Below, piece by piece: positions 28,901 through 36,975 of a stretch of DNA of 64,000 nt (its first letter is position 1; every line of letters begins with the position of its first letter). Position numbers and translations under genes: made by a program. Under the pieces are notes generated by a model. It was not told where the DNA came from and searched no databases. It saw only the letters and a list, made by a program, of their open reading frames with translations. Where the stretch lies: the NCBI GenBank assembly GCA_964425305.1, contig CAYRMQ010000003.1:2162-66161 (forward strand), in the 5' to 3' direction. The DNA is from an uncultured Anaerolineaceae bacterium. GTDB lineage: Bacteria > Chloroflexota > Limnocylindria > Limnocylindrales > CSP1-4.

Positions 28901-31900
28901 CGAGCTCTTTGCCTCGCGCACCTCCGACCTGCTGACCGTTCACGGCTACCAGGCTTCGGGGCGCGTGCTGGGCGCGCTTGGACGACGGGCTGAGGAGCTC
29001 TACGAGTCGCTCGATGAGGATGGCCGAGAGGCCGCTCGGCAGGTGTTCCTGCGCCTGGTGGCAGTCAGCGAGGTGGGCGAGGACACGCGCCGGCGCGTCC
29101 GCCACCAGGAGCTCGACGCGCTGGGAGTGGATGCGCTGACTCTCGACGAGGTGCTGCGCCGATACGGCGAGTACCGGCTGCTGACCTTCGATCGCGACCC
29201 GCTGACCCGCGGGCCCACGGTGGAAGTGGCCCACGAGGCGCTGCTGACCGAGTGGCATCGGCTGCGCGACTGGATCGCCGAGCGGCGTGAGGACCTGCTG
29301 CTCCAGAGACGCCTGGCCGATGCCCTTGGCGAGTGGGAGCAGGCCGGCCGGGATGCCTCATACCTGCTGAGCGGCGGGCGGCTGCAGCAGTTCGCCGCCT
29401 GGGCGGACGGCACCGACCTTGCCTTGACCACCCAAGAGCGCGAGTACCTGCACGACAGCGAGGCTGCCGAGGCAGAGCGCAGGCGCCTCCAGCGGCGCCG
29501 GCGGCGAGCCATCATGGCCGGCTTCGGCGCAGCCGCAGCCCTGTCGCTGGTCCTCGCTGCGGTCGCATATCTCAACGAACGCCAAGCGCTGCACAACGAG
29601 CAGCTGGCGCACGCTCGAGAGCTGGCCGCAGCGGCGATCAGCGTCCGCGACACCGATCCTGAACTGAGCATCCTCCTGTCGATCGCGGCGCACGAGGCGG
29701 CGCCCGACGGCGAGGCGCCGCCGCGCGAAGTCGTGTCAGTCCTCCACCAGACGGTCCGCTCCAGCCGGATGCTTGTCAGCCGGCCGTGGGAGGCTGACTT
29801 CGGGCTCAGCTGGTCGCCACTGGGCGGCTCGTTGAGTCCTGACGGGACGCTGGTCGCCGCCAGCGGCTGGTCCGACACTCTGCAGGTGTGGGACGCAGCC
29901 ACCGGCGAGGTGCGCTGGGAGCTGCGGGACGATGAGAGCGGCGGCTGGTTCTGGTGGCCCCAGTTCAGCCCGGACGGCTCAAGGCTGGTGGTGGCCTTCA
30001 GCCGCTACTGGGAAGAAGGCCGCCGAGTCGACGGCGGCCTGGCCGCCGGCATCTACTTCTTCCACTCGCGCAACGGGGAGTTGTTGGACATGCTGCCGCC
30101 GCCGACGGAATGCGACTGGGTTGGAATGGCGGGACCTAATGCACTCAGCCTCGACGGCAACCACCTGATCCGCCTGGTCGATCGAGGCGGCGAAGACCCC
30201 GAGACGGGGTGTTACTCCTACGAAGGGCCTGAGAACAACCCCCTGGCGACGCGGGAACTCGAGGTAGTCGATATCCGTACGCTCGAAGTCGTCTATCGCA
30301 CCGACGTGACCTACCCGTACGGCGAGAACCGCGGCCATGGGCAGGCGGGCGTGGACATCGCCGGCAACCGGCTGATCGTGGGAGACCTGTCCGGTGATCA
30401 TGGAACGACGCGCATGATCGACCTCGTCGACGGCAGCGTGCTCTGGGAAAGGGCGGCTGTCGGCGGCTTTCTCAGTCCCGATGGCTCGGTGGCGGCGCTG
30501 GCCGGCGGCGGCGCAGCCCAGCGGCGTATCGAGCTCGTCGATCCTGCGACGGGCGACCTACTGGGCGAGCTGGTTGGCCACAGAGCGCATACCGACGCCG
30601 TGGTCTTCAGCCGCGACGGCCGGCTCGCCTACTCGGCAGGCATGGACGGGACGGCTCGGGTGTGGGACGTGGCCACTGGCGAGAACCTGCTGACCCTCGG
30701 TGGTGACAAGCAAGGCTTGATATCTCTGTCGCCGGACGAAAGTGGCGCGAGATTGGCCACATTCGGGTTCGACGGCAACACCCGGATGTGGGACCTGACC
30801 GCGCAGCCCCTGACCGAGGTGGGGACCGCGATCGATCTGCGCCCCGCGCAGGTCGCCCTAAGGGGCATCATGGCAAGCGGTGGTCTGGCGACTGTCGCCG
30901 GTTTCCTTGGAGAATGCCCCGACCAGGAAGGGTTCTCCATCGTCTTCAATGCCGAGACCGGCACGACCATGCGACGCTTCACCGACTCGGCCGGCCAGAT
31001 GGAGGCGTTGCTACCCGACGGTACGGGCGTCCTCCACCAGCTGCTTGTGCTGTACGGGCCGGAGATCAGCTGCGCCGACGAGATCCTTGGCCCGCTCGTC
31101 ATCCGCGATCTGACGAGCGGCGAGACACGCATCGAGCTGGAGGGCTGGTGCGAGTGGGCGGATCCCGGCGACTGCGCCTCCCCGCCTGAAGTGCCGTACG
31201 CCGACTTCGTAAACGCACTGGCCGTGTCCGATGACGGGAGAATTGCCGTCGCCGGTGGCCCCAGCGGTGCGGCGTCGATCTGGGACGTGCACGAAGGCTC
31301 CCTGCACGGGACGATAGGACCATTCCAGGGTGAGGGGTGGATCCAGGGCGTCGCCGTCCACCCGGACGGGAGAACCGCGGTCGTAACCAGCTCTGAGGCC
31401 CTTTACATCGTGGACCTCGACAGTGCGCTGAACATACGGCAGGAGCTGCGGAGTCACCACGGCTTCGTCGCCTTCAATCCCGGTGGATCACTGCTCGCCG
31501 TTGGCGAACCCCGCCTGACGATGTACCGAACCGAGGATTGGGAGGTCATGTGGGAGGTGGATGCTCACGATGGCGGGGTTCCCCACCTCGGCTTCAGCCC
31601 GGACGGGACTGCCCTCGTGACCACCGGCCCGGACGGCTTCGTGCGCCTGTGGAGCGCGACTGACGGCAACCTGCTGCAGGTCGTTCCACTGGGCGACGAT
31701 TGGGCCAAGGCGGTGGCCTTCGTCAACGAGCGGCACGTGCTCATAGGTACGTCCAATGGCCTGGTGGTCGGCCTCACCTTCGACGTCGACGAGCTCGTCG
31801 AGATCGGCCGCTCCCGGGTGACTCGTTCGCTGACCGATCAGGAGTGCCGGACGTACCTGCGCATCGACGAGTGCCCGTCAGACATGGAGACGACCGCGTC

Positions 31901-31907
31901 TCAGTAG
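25977..31907 (+). CDS. 1976-aa multidomain signalling protein: SARP wHTH+BTAD / class III nucleotide cyclase / Ser-Thr protein kinase / STAND P-loop NTPase / single TM helix / WD40 beta-propeller
   Basis: Single uninterrupted ORF. Approximate domain coordinates: SARP 26049..26771 (…YRLDLPREAVDAFRFEDDV…, BTAD …ELRLTAIENRVDAELALGNHAELVGELE…); cyclase 26799..27311 (FLLSDIEDST, KRVGDG, GPVLNRCGRI); kinase 27378..28136 (GGGDFGVVY, VAVK, HRDLKPGNVLL, DFG); NTPase 28164..28976 (NPYKGLQAFSEFDEQDFHGRQ, Walker A GPSGIGKSS, Walker B MLVIDQFEE); TM 29508..29573 (AIMAGFGAAAALSLVLAAVAYL); WD40-like repeats 29769..31904. Confidence 0.85.
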   Translation: MFLDSVRGPRPGLQAVEPPAYARGVQIGVLGTLEAHTDGVSVRLGGPKQRTVLAILVAEGGRSVPIDRLVDLVWGEEPPTGARSTLHTYISNLRAALGDVVVRDGGGYRLDLPREAVDAFRFEDDVARARETRDSQPLEAAQRLREALKLWRGRPYADVSDSPFLEQEARRLEELRLTAIENRVDAELALGNHAELVGELEVLTAENPLREHLRAAHMLALYRAGRQAEALRAYHKTRTLLAEELGIDPSPALQELEGKILRQDHSLDLESEPRVETLVFLLSDIEDSTVLWELHQREMGPAVALYDAIVSEAVEGAGGRVVKRVGDGLDAVFSDAGGAVVAAREAQRALQRGTWGETGPLKARMAIDVGEVEARGGGYFGPVLNRCGRILASGHGGQILLSAEAHAALSGAQAGWQVRALGEFRFKGLGRPQRVFQLLVDDLPTEFPELRIDRLPATARISVERAVRGYELREQVGGGDFGVVYRAYQPAVGREVAVKVIRPEFVNQPSFVRRFESEAQMVAQLEHPHIVALYDYWRDPDGAYLVMRWLRGGALSDALDRGPWHLEPASRLLAQVGSALAYAHRQGIVHRDLKPGNVLLDEEGNAYLSDFGVAARLVDASESGRPVSSSPAYVTPEELRGEPLRAPSDIFALGLLTFELLSGRRPPMDRSLPSLRRLRPELPEGIDEIIARATADQPAARYSTVDGFLAAFLDVLGQAPVAEEAGFTPTRNPYKGLQAFSEFDEQDFHGRQGLIEELTEALKKHRFLAVVGPSGIGKSSVVRAGLVPALRAGALPGSRDWLVTDMFPGSYPFEELEAALLRIAVERPVGMTEDLARDERGILRVSKRILPTSAQAMLVIDQFEELFTLTSDEETRRLFLDALATLVTDPRSRMRVVITLRADFFDRPLRYRAFGDLLRDRMVAVTAPGEGELTAAIVRPAEAVGVRFEAGLVDRIITDVSSQPGALPLLQYALTELFASRTSDLLTVHGYQASGRVLGALGRRAEELYESLDEDGREAARQVFLRLVAVSEVGEDTRRRVRHQELDALGVDALTLDEVLRRYGEYRLLTFDRDPLTRGPTVEVAHEALLTEWHRLRDWIAERREDLLLQRRLADALGEWEQAGRDASYLLSGGRLQQFAAWADGTDLALTTQEREYLHDSEAAEAERRRLQRRRRRAIMAGFGAAAALSLVLAAVAYLNERQALHNEQLAHARELAAAAISVRDTDPELSILLSIAAHEAAPDGEAPPREVVSVLHQTVRSSRMLVSRPWEADFGLSWSPLGGSLSPDGTLVAASGWSDTLQVWDAATGEVRWELRDDESGGWFWWPQFSPDGSRLVVAFSRYWEEGRRVDGGLAAGIYFFHSRNGELLDMLPPPTECDWVGMAGPNALSLDGNHLIRLVDRGGEDPETGCYSYEGPENNPLATRELEVVDIRTLEVVYRTDVTYPYGENRGHGQAGVDIAGNRLIVGDLSGDHGTTRMIDLVDGSVLWERAAVGGFLSPDGSVAALAGGGAAQRRIELVDPATGDLLGELVGHRAHTDAVVFSRDGRLAYSAGMDGTARVWDVATGENLLTLGGDKQGLISLSPDESGARLATFGFDGNTRMWDLTAQPLTEVGTAIDLRPAQVALRGIMASGGLATVAGFLGECPDQEGFSIVFNAETGTTMRRFTDSAGQMEALLPDGTGVLHQLLVLYGPEISCADEILGPLVIRDLTSGETRIELEGWCEWADPGDCASPPEVPYADFVNALAVSDDGRIAVAGGPSGAASIWDVHEGSLHGTIGPFQGEGWIQGVAVHPDGRTAVVTSSEALYIVDLDSALNIRQELRSHHGFVAFNPGGSLLAVGEPRLTMYRTEDWEVMWEVDAHDGGVPHLGFSPDGTALVTTGPDGFVRLWSATDGNLLQVVPLGDDWAKAVAFVNERHVLIGTSNGLVVGLTFDVDELVEIGRSRVTRSLTDQECRTYLRIDECPSDMETTASQ

Positions 31908-32524
31908 CCGCGTTCTCGTAGCCGGTCACCCATCACCCGGGCGGCTTGCGCGCGGTGCGAGATGGCGTTCTTCTCGGCGGCACTCAGCTGACCCACCGTT
32001 CGGCCGCCCATCGGCTCGTCGGCCGGCTCGAAGACGGGGTCATAGCCGAAGCCGCCGGTGCCCCGCGGCTCTAGCGCGATGCGCCCCTCGAAGACACCGT
32101 TGGTCTGGGTCAGCCGCGGCTCTTCATCCTCGCCCGGCTCGGCGAGGACCAGCACGCAGCGGTAACGCGCCGTCCGCTCGGCCGGCGGCACTCCGTCCAT
32201 CTCGCGCAGCAGCAGGGCATTGTTCTCCGCATCGGTCGCCGTCGCGCTGGCGTAGCGGCGGGTGTGCACGCCGGGCCGGCCGTCGAGCGCGTCGACCTCC
32301 AGGCCCGAGTCGTCGGCCAGCGTCGGCAGGCCGGATTGTCGGGCGTAATGAAGTGCCTTGGCCGTGGCGTTCTGCTCGAATGTCTCGCCGTCCTCGGTCG
32401 CGTCGTCGGCCAGCCCGGCGTCGGCCAGCGAGACGACCTCCGTCCGCGGCAGGTCGAGCAGCGCGCGCAGCTCATCCAGCTTGTGCTGTGAACCGGTGGC
32501 GATCAGCAGACGACGGCCGCTCAC
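31901..32524 (-). CDS. rdgB: non-canonical purine NTP pyrophosphatase (dITP/XTP pyrophosphatase, Ham1/RdgB)
   Basis: …[14 protein letters not shown]…, …FGYDPVF…, …[14 protein letters not shown]…; GTG start overlaps the rph stop (GTGA). The 403-aa ORF 31901..33112 is a mis-extended version. Confidence 0.85.
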   Translation of the reverse strand: MSGRRLLIATGSQHKLDELRALLDLPRTEVVSLADAGLADDATEDGETFEQNATAKALHYARQSGLPTLADDSGLEVDALDGRPGVHTRRYASATATDAENNALLLREMDGVPPAERTARYRCVLVLAEPGEDEEPRLTQTNGVFEGRIALEPRGTGGFGYDPVFEPADEPMGGRTVGQLSAAEKNAISHRAQAARVMGDRLRERGY

Positions 32525-33246
32525 TCGTTGCCGAGTACCGTCCGCTGCATCGAGAACAGCTGCTGCAGCCCGCCGTCCGCCAGCTCGAGCAGGCTGTCCA
32601 TCGACGCCCGGTCGAAGGGCTTGCCCTCGGCCGTCCCCTGGACCTCGACATACGTCCCGCGGTCCGTGCCGACGACGTTGAAGTCGACCTCCGCCCGCGA
32701 GTCCTCGGAGTAGTCGAGGTCGAGCAGCGGCACGCCGTCGACGACGCCGACGCTGACGGCCGCGATCTGGCCGTCGAGGGCGCCCTCGGCGCCGATCTTG
32801 CGCAGCGCCAGCGCCAGCGCGATGTAGCCGCCGGTGATCGAGGCCGTGCGCGTGCCGCCGTCCGCCTGCAGGACATCGCAGTCGACGGTCACCGTCCGCT
32901 CGCCGAGCTTGGCGGTGTCGACCACGCCGCGCAGCGCCCGCCCGATGAGCCGCTGGATCTCCATCGTTCGCCCGCCCTGGCGGCCCTTGACGACCTCGCG
33001 CTGGGTTCTCTCCGAGGTGGCGCGGGGCAGCATGTTGTACTCGGCCGTCACCCAGCCGACGCCCTTGCCGCGCAGGTGCGGCGGGATGCGGTCCTCGATC
33101 GTCGCCGCGCACAGCACGCGTGTGTCACCCATCTCGATCGTGCACGAGCCCTCGGCCCACTTCTGGACGTCGAGCGCGAAACGAACCGGCCGCAGCTGGC
33201 GCGGTGAGCGCCCGTCGGTGCGGAAGCGGCCGCCCGCGATGCTCAC
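32521..33246 (-). CDS. rph: ribonuclease PH
   Basis: …[13 protein letters not shown]…, …[12 protein letters not shown]…, …[19 protein letters not shown]…; 241 aa from an in-frame GTG. The ORF-track version 32521..33993 carries a non-homologous Arg-rich extension. Confidence 0.85.
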   Translation of the reverse strand: MSIAGGRFRTDGRSPRQLRPVRFALDVQKWAEGSCTIEMGDTRVLCAATIEDRIPPHLRGKGVGWVTAEYNMLPRATSERTQREVVKGRQGGRTMEIQRLIGRALRGVVDTAKLGERTVTVDCDVLQADGGTRTASITGGYIALALALRKIGAEGALDGQIAAVSVGVVDGVPLLDLDYSEDSRAEVDFNVVGTDRGTYVEVQGTAEGKPFDRASMDSLLELADGGLQQLFSMQRTVLGNE

Positions 33247-34394
33247 CGCCGGCTTCCCGCCTTGGCTTCCTGCCACAGCTCGTCGAGCTCGTCGGCGCTC
33301 ATCGCGCTGAGGCTGCGATCGCGCTCGGCGGCGACTCGCTCGACGTGCGCGAAGCGGGCGGCGAACTTGGCGCTGGCCGAGCGCAGGGCGCCCTCGGCAT
33401 CGATGCCCAGCTTGCGGGCGAGGTTGACGACGACCAGCAGCAGGTCGCCGAATTCCTCGCGGCGGGTCGACTCGTCGCGGGCGCCGACGACCTCGCGCGC
33501 CTCCTCGGCGATCTTGTCGAGCACGCCCTCGACCGACGGCCAGTCGTAGCCGAGCGACGCCGCGCGCTGCTGGATCTCCTGCGCGTAGGCCAGCGCAGGC
33601 AGCGAGCGCGACAGCCCGGCGAACGCCTCGGCAACCTGTTCGCCTTCTGCGCCGGCTCGCTGGGGCATACCTCCGGCGGCAGCCCGCTCGCCGGCCTTGA
33701 TGTGCTCCCAGTTGCGGATGACGTCGGCCGCCGACTCGGCGACGACGTCGCCGAAGACGTGCGGGTGGCGCCGCACGATCTTGGTCATCACGTTGCGCTG
33801 GACGTCGGCGAGGTCGAAGACACCCGCCTCGGCGCCGTACTGCGCATGGAGCACGACCTGCAGCAGCAGGTCGCCCAGCTCCTCGGCAAGCTCGGGAGTC
33901 GAGCCATTCTCGAGCGCGTCGTAGACCTCGTACGCCTCCTCCAGTAGGAACGGCCGCAGCGACAGGTGGTCCTGCTCGCGGTCCCACGGGCAACCGTCAG
34001 CCGCGCGCAGGCGGGCGACGAGCCAGGGCAGGCCGTGCGGGCTGGCGACGTTCAACTCGCCGGTCAGCGCGGGCACGTAGCGCGGCCCTTCCTCGAGCGT
34101 CACCGCGTTCGCCTCGCCGACGGTCGTGTCCGGCGTGCCGCCCAGGCCGTGCAGCGGATGGGCGGCCGGGTACAGCGCGCGCAACATCGCTGCCGGATCG
34201 CCCCCACGAGCGTGGCGGCCGGGCAGCACCGGCGGGCCGCCGTCGCTCGCCGGCGGCTCCTCGGCCGGCAGCAGCAGCAGCGGCATACCCGGGTCGAACG
34301 GCCGGCGCGGCAGGGCCGCCGGCGACACGATCTGGAGGCCGTCGGCCGCGCGCACGCGGTGGCGTTGGTAAAGCTCGTCGAGCAGCGCCTGCAT
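33243..34394 (-). CDS. mazG: MazG-family nucleoside triphosphate pyrophosphohydrolase with about 150-aa N-terminal extra domain
   Basis: Tandem MazG EExxE motifs (…LLEEAYEV…, …[10 protein letters not shown]…, …[11 protein letters not shown]…); 4-nt overlap with rph. Confidence 0.8.
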   Translation of the reverse strand: MQALLDELYQRHRVRAADGLQIVSPAALPRRPFDPGMPLLLLPAEEPPASDGGPPVLPGRHARGGDPAAMLRALYPAAHPLHGLGGTPDTTVGEANAVTLEEGPRYVPALTGELNVASPHGLPWLVARLRAADGCPWDREQDHLSLRPFLLEEAYEVYDALENGSTPELAEELGDLLLQVVLHAQYGAEAGVFDLADVQRNVMTKIVRRHPHVFGDVVAESAADVIRNWEHIKAGERAAAGGMPQRAGAEGEQVAEAFAGLSRSLPALAYAQEIQQRAASLGYDWPSVEGVLDKIAEEAREVVGARDESTRREEFGDLLLVVVNLARKLGIDAEGALRSASAKFAARFAHVERVAAERDRSLSAMSADELDELWQEAKAGSRR

Positions 34395-34441
34395 GCGCTC
34401 AGCCTACACGCGCGCCGCGATCGCGAGGGTCGCGGCTGCGT

Positions 34442-36337
34442 TCATGGCTGCTCGTCGGTCGAGAAGTCCTCCTCGGCGCCCGGGTCGAACTCGACACCCG
34501 GATCGCCCTCGACGTCGGGCTCGAACTCTTCGTCGAACTCGTCGCCGAAGTCGCCGAAGTCGTCGAACGGGTCGAGGCCCGGGTCGTCGCCCTCGATGTC
34601 GTCCGTCCGCGTGATCACGCGGTTGCGCTCGGCCTCATCCTTGCGCGGGGCGTACCAGCGCTCGAAGGCGTTCTGGCGGACGTCGGTCACCTGGTCGGCA
34701 TCGAGGGGACGCTCGGCCCGCTCGAGGGCCTTGAAGAAGTAGTGCCCGTCGCCCAGCTCGATCGCCTCGCTGACCTCGCCGGCACGCAGGTCGAAGATCT
34801 GGCCGACGATGACCGGGTTGAGCATCTCGCGCGTGAACCAGCCGAGCTCGCCGCCCTCCTCGCTGGCCTCGCCGTCGGAGTACACGCGAGCCAGCTCGGC
34901 GAAGTCGGCGCCCGGCTCCTCGAGCGCCTGCTGCACGCGCTCGAGGCGCTGCCGCGCCGATTCGCGCCGCTCGTGGAAGAGCAACACGTAGTAGGCGGCG
35001 TCGGCGCGCACCGGCCCGATCAGCGTGGCGGGCGCGTGGTCACCCTCGAACAGAGCCTCGCCGACGGCCTCGGGCAGCAGGTCGCGCGACGTGAAGTCGA
35101 CCTCGCCGCCGTCCTCGCCCGAAACAGGCGAATCGCTCTCCTCGAGAGCGATCTCGGAGAAGCGCTCGAGCAGCTCGTCGGTGTCGGTTATGGCGCGCAG
35201 CTCGGCCATCGTCGCCTCGGCCTCGGTACGGGCCGTCTCCCACGCCGGGTCGTCCTCGGGCAGCTCCGGCGCCTCGGTGACGTCGTCGTTGGGGGCGTAG
35301 ACGATCTCGCTGTAGCGGATCTCGCCCTCTTCCTGCCCGTCGCCGGTATCGCCGCTGCCCTCGATGAAGATGTGGGCCAGCCGGACCTGGTCGACGCTCG
35401 CGCCCATCGCGTCGGCGAGGACCTGGTCACGCAGCCTGTCGGCGGCGATCTCGTAGCGCGCGAACTCGCGGTAGCGCTCGTCGGACACGTCGCGCAGCAG
35501 CGTGCTGCGCAGGCCCGGCTCCTCCTGCCGTGGCCGGATCTCGATGACGCGACCGATGCGGTAGGTTCCGTCACTGCCCGCCATCACGCGTGTGGTGCCG
35601 CCCTCGGGCAGGCTGAACAGCTCGTCGATCCAGACGTCGTCCTCCGGCGCGAGGCGGCTGATGACGCCCAGGTCGCCGCCCTGCTCGGCGCTGTCGTCGG
35701 TGCTGTACTCGCGCGCCACCGCGGCGAAGTCGCGGCCCGCCTCGAGCTCGGCGAGGGCCTGCTCGGCGCGCTCGCGCGCGGCCCGCCGCTCGAGCAGCGT
35801 CGGACCCTCGACCTCGTTCGCCGCCTCCGGCTCGACGAGGATCGCGGCAATGTGGCGCCGCTCGAGCGTGGAAACCTCGTCGGCCAGCCTGGCCTCTACT
35901 TCCTCGTCGCTGACGGCGATGCCCATCTCGGCGGCAAGCTGCGACTGGAAGATGATGTCGATCAGGCCTTCGATGCTGGCGATGCCGATCTCGTTGCGCT
36001 GGTTCTGGAGCTCGGTCCGGCGCTGCTCGGCGCGGATGGGATCGAGCTCGCCGTCGATGACGGCCGGCGTCAGGCGGCTGAACTCGATCTCGATGCGATT
36101 GCGCAGCAACGCCGCTCGCTCGCGGACCATCTGCGGCCCGATCTCGACGTCGCCGACGCGGGCGAGCGAGCGGACGTTCTCGTTGTAGTAGGCGAGCCCG
36201 ACGGCCGCCAACAGGAACAGGACGAGCAGCGCGATCAGCCCGACGAAGAGGGCCGTCACGATGAACTGCTGGCGGTCCTCACTGTGCACGAAAGTCCTGC
36301 GGCGCGGGCGCGCCATCCGGCGCTGGCGAAGTGTCAT
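34442..36337 (-). CDS. membrane-anchored parvulin/SurA-type peptidyl-prolyl isomerase (PpiC-domain protein) with acidic C-terminal tail
   Basis: N-terminal TM (…FIVTALFVGLIALLVLFLLAAVGLAYY…), PpiC-like segments (…GGDLGVISR…, …GGELGWFTREMLNPVIVGQIF…), and a C-terminal 60 aa rich in Asp/Glu/Phe. Confidence 0.7.
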   Translation of the reverse strand: MTLRQRRMARPRRRTFVHSEDRQQFIVTALFVGLIALLVLFLLAAVGLAYYNENVRSLARVGDVEIGPQMVRERAALLRNRIEIEFSRLTPAVIDGELDPIRAEQRRTELQNQRNEIGIASIEGLIDIIFQSQLAAEMGIAVSDEEVEARLADEVSTLERRHIAAILVEPEAANEVEGPTLLERRAARERAEQALAELEAGRDFAAVAREYSTDDSAEQGGDLGVISRLAPEDDVWIDELFSLPEGGTTRVMAGSDGTYRIGRVIEIRPRQEEPGLRSTLLRDVSDERYREFARYEIAADRLRDQVLADAMGASVDQVRLAHIFIEGSGDTGDGQEEGEIRYSEIVYAPNDDVTEAPELPEDDPAWETARTEAEATMAELRAITDTDELLERFSEIALEESDSPVSGEDGGEVDFTSRDLLPEAVGEALFEGDHAPATLIGPVRADAAYYVLLFHERRESARQRLERVQQALEEPGADFAELARVYSDGEASEEGGELGWFTREMLNPVIVGQIFDLRAGEVSEAIELGDGHYFFKALERAERPLDADQVTDVRQNAFERWYAPRKDEAERNRVITRTDDIEGDDPGLDPFDDFGDFGDEFDEEFEPDVEGDPGVEFDPGAEEDFSTDEQP

Positions 36338-36475
36338 GCGTTAGAGGGTTGCTCGCTGTGGGAGATGCTCACCGTGCGCTACGGCTGACCGCGCGCGGCG
36401 AATCACCGAGAGGTGACGGAGAGCCACATCCTAGCGCAAACCGGCCGACCAGCCCGCCGGGCGCCGGCGCCGGCG

Positions 36476-36889
36476 CTAGCGGCGCCGCAGGCGCGGACGG
36501 AGCAGCGACAGAACGACGCCGGCTGCCGCACCGAGGGCAGCCGCGGCGCGCCAGTCGACGACCGGCCGCACGTCGCCCGTCGACGAGCGCGCGATGAGCA
36601 TGAAGACGCTCGCTCCGGGCTCGACGATGGCGCGCCTGGCGACGACGGCGAAGGCGCTGGCGCCGTCCTCGAGGCGCAGGTCATCGGTGCGCGCGAGAGC
36701 CACGCCGCCCTGCGCGACGCTGAGCTCCTTGGTCCTGACGCGACCGGCCCCACCCTGCTGGATGGAGACTCTGGTCGCCTCGATCGAGCCCGCGCCGCCC
36801 TGGCTGATCTCGACTCGCTCGGCCCTGACGTGGTCGGGGGTCTGATCGGTGACGCCGTTGCCGGCGGCGGTCGTTTCGGGTGTGCTCAT
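36476..36889 (-). CDS. small (137 aa) beta-repeat protein (bactofilin-like repeats xRVxIxQGGAG) with C-terminal TM anchor
   Basis: ATG preceded by AGGAGG; three to four about 15-aa repeats (ERVEISQGGAGSIEAT / RVSIQQGGAGRVRTK / ELSVAQGGVALARTD …) then a hydrophobic C-terminus …AAAALGAAAGVVLSLLRPRLRRR. The 465-aa ORF 36476..37873 is a mis-extension. Confidence 0.55.
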   Translation of the reverse strand: MSTPETTAAGNGVTDQTPDHVRAERVEISQGGAGSIEATRVSIQQGGAGRVRTKELSVAQGGVALARTDDLRLEDGASAFAVVARRAIVEPGASVFMLIARSSTGDVRPVVDWRAAAALGAAAGVVLSLLRPRLRRR

Positions 36890-36975
36890 GGGGCGCGCCT
36901 CCTGGCGGTCGATGCGTGCGGATCGTGTCGGCCGATCGGCTCGATCTTCGGATCCTCTGGCTGGGCGCGCCCAGC

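Noticed and set aside
26799-29573. Pycsar-like (class III cyclase + TM effector) anti-phage system interpretation of the giant protein
   Set aside because: No cNMP-binding effector domain or separate effector gene. The cyclase is embedded in a regulator/kinase/STAND/WD40 fusion with a DNA-binding domain, which is more consistent with a signalling regulator; left as an open possibility only
31901-33993. Long ORFs 31901..33112 (403 aa) and 32521..33993 (490 aa)
   Set aside because: Only their C-terminal parts are real (rdgB and rph). The N-terminal halves are Arg-rich read-through in the absence of stop codons; in-frame GTG starts with GTGA coupling give proteins of the expected size
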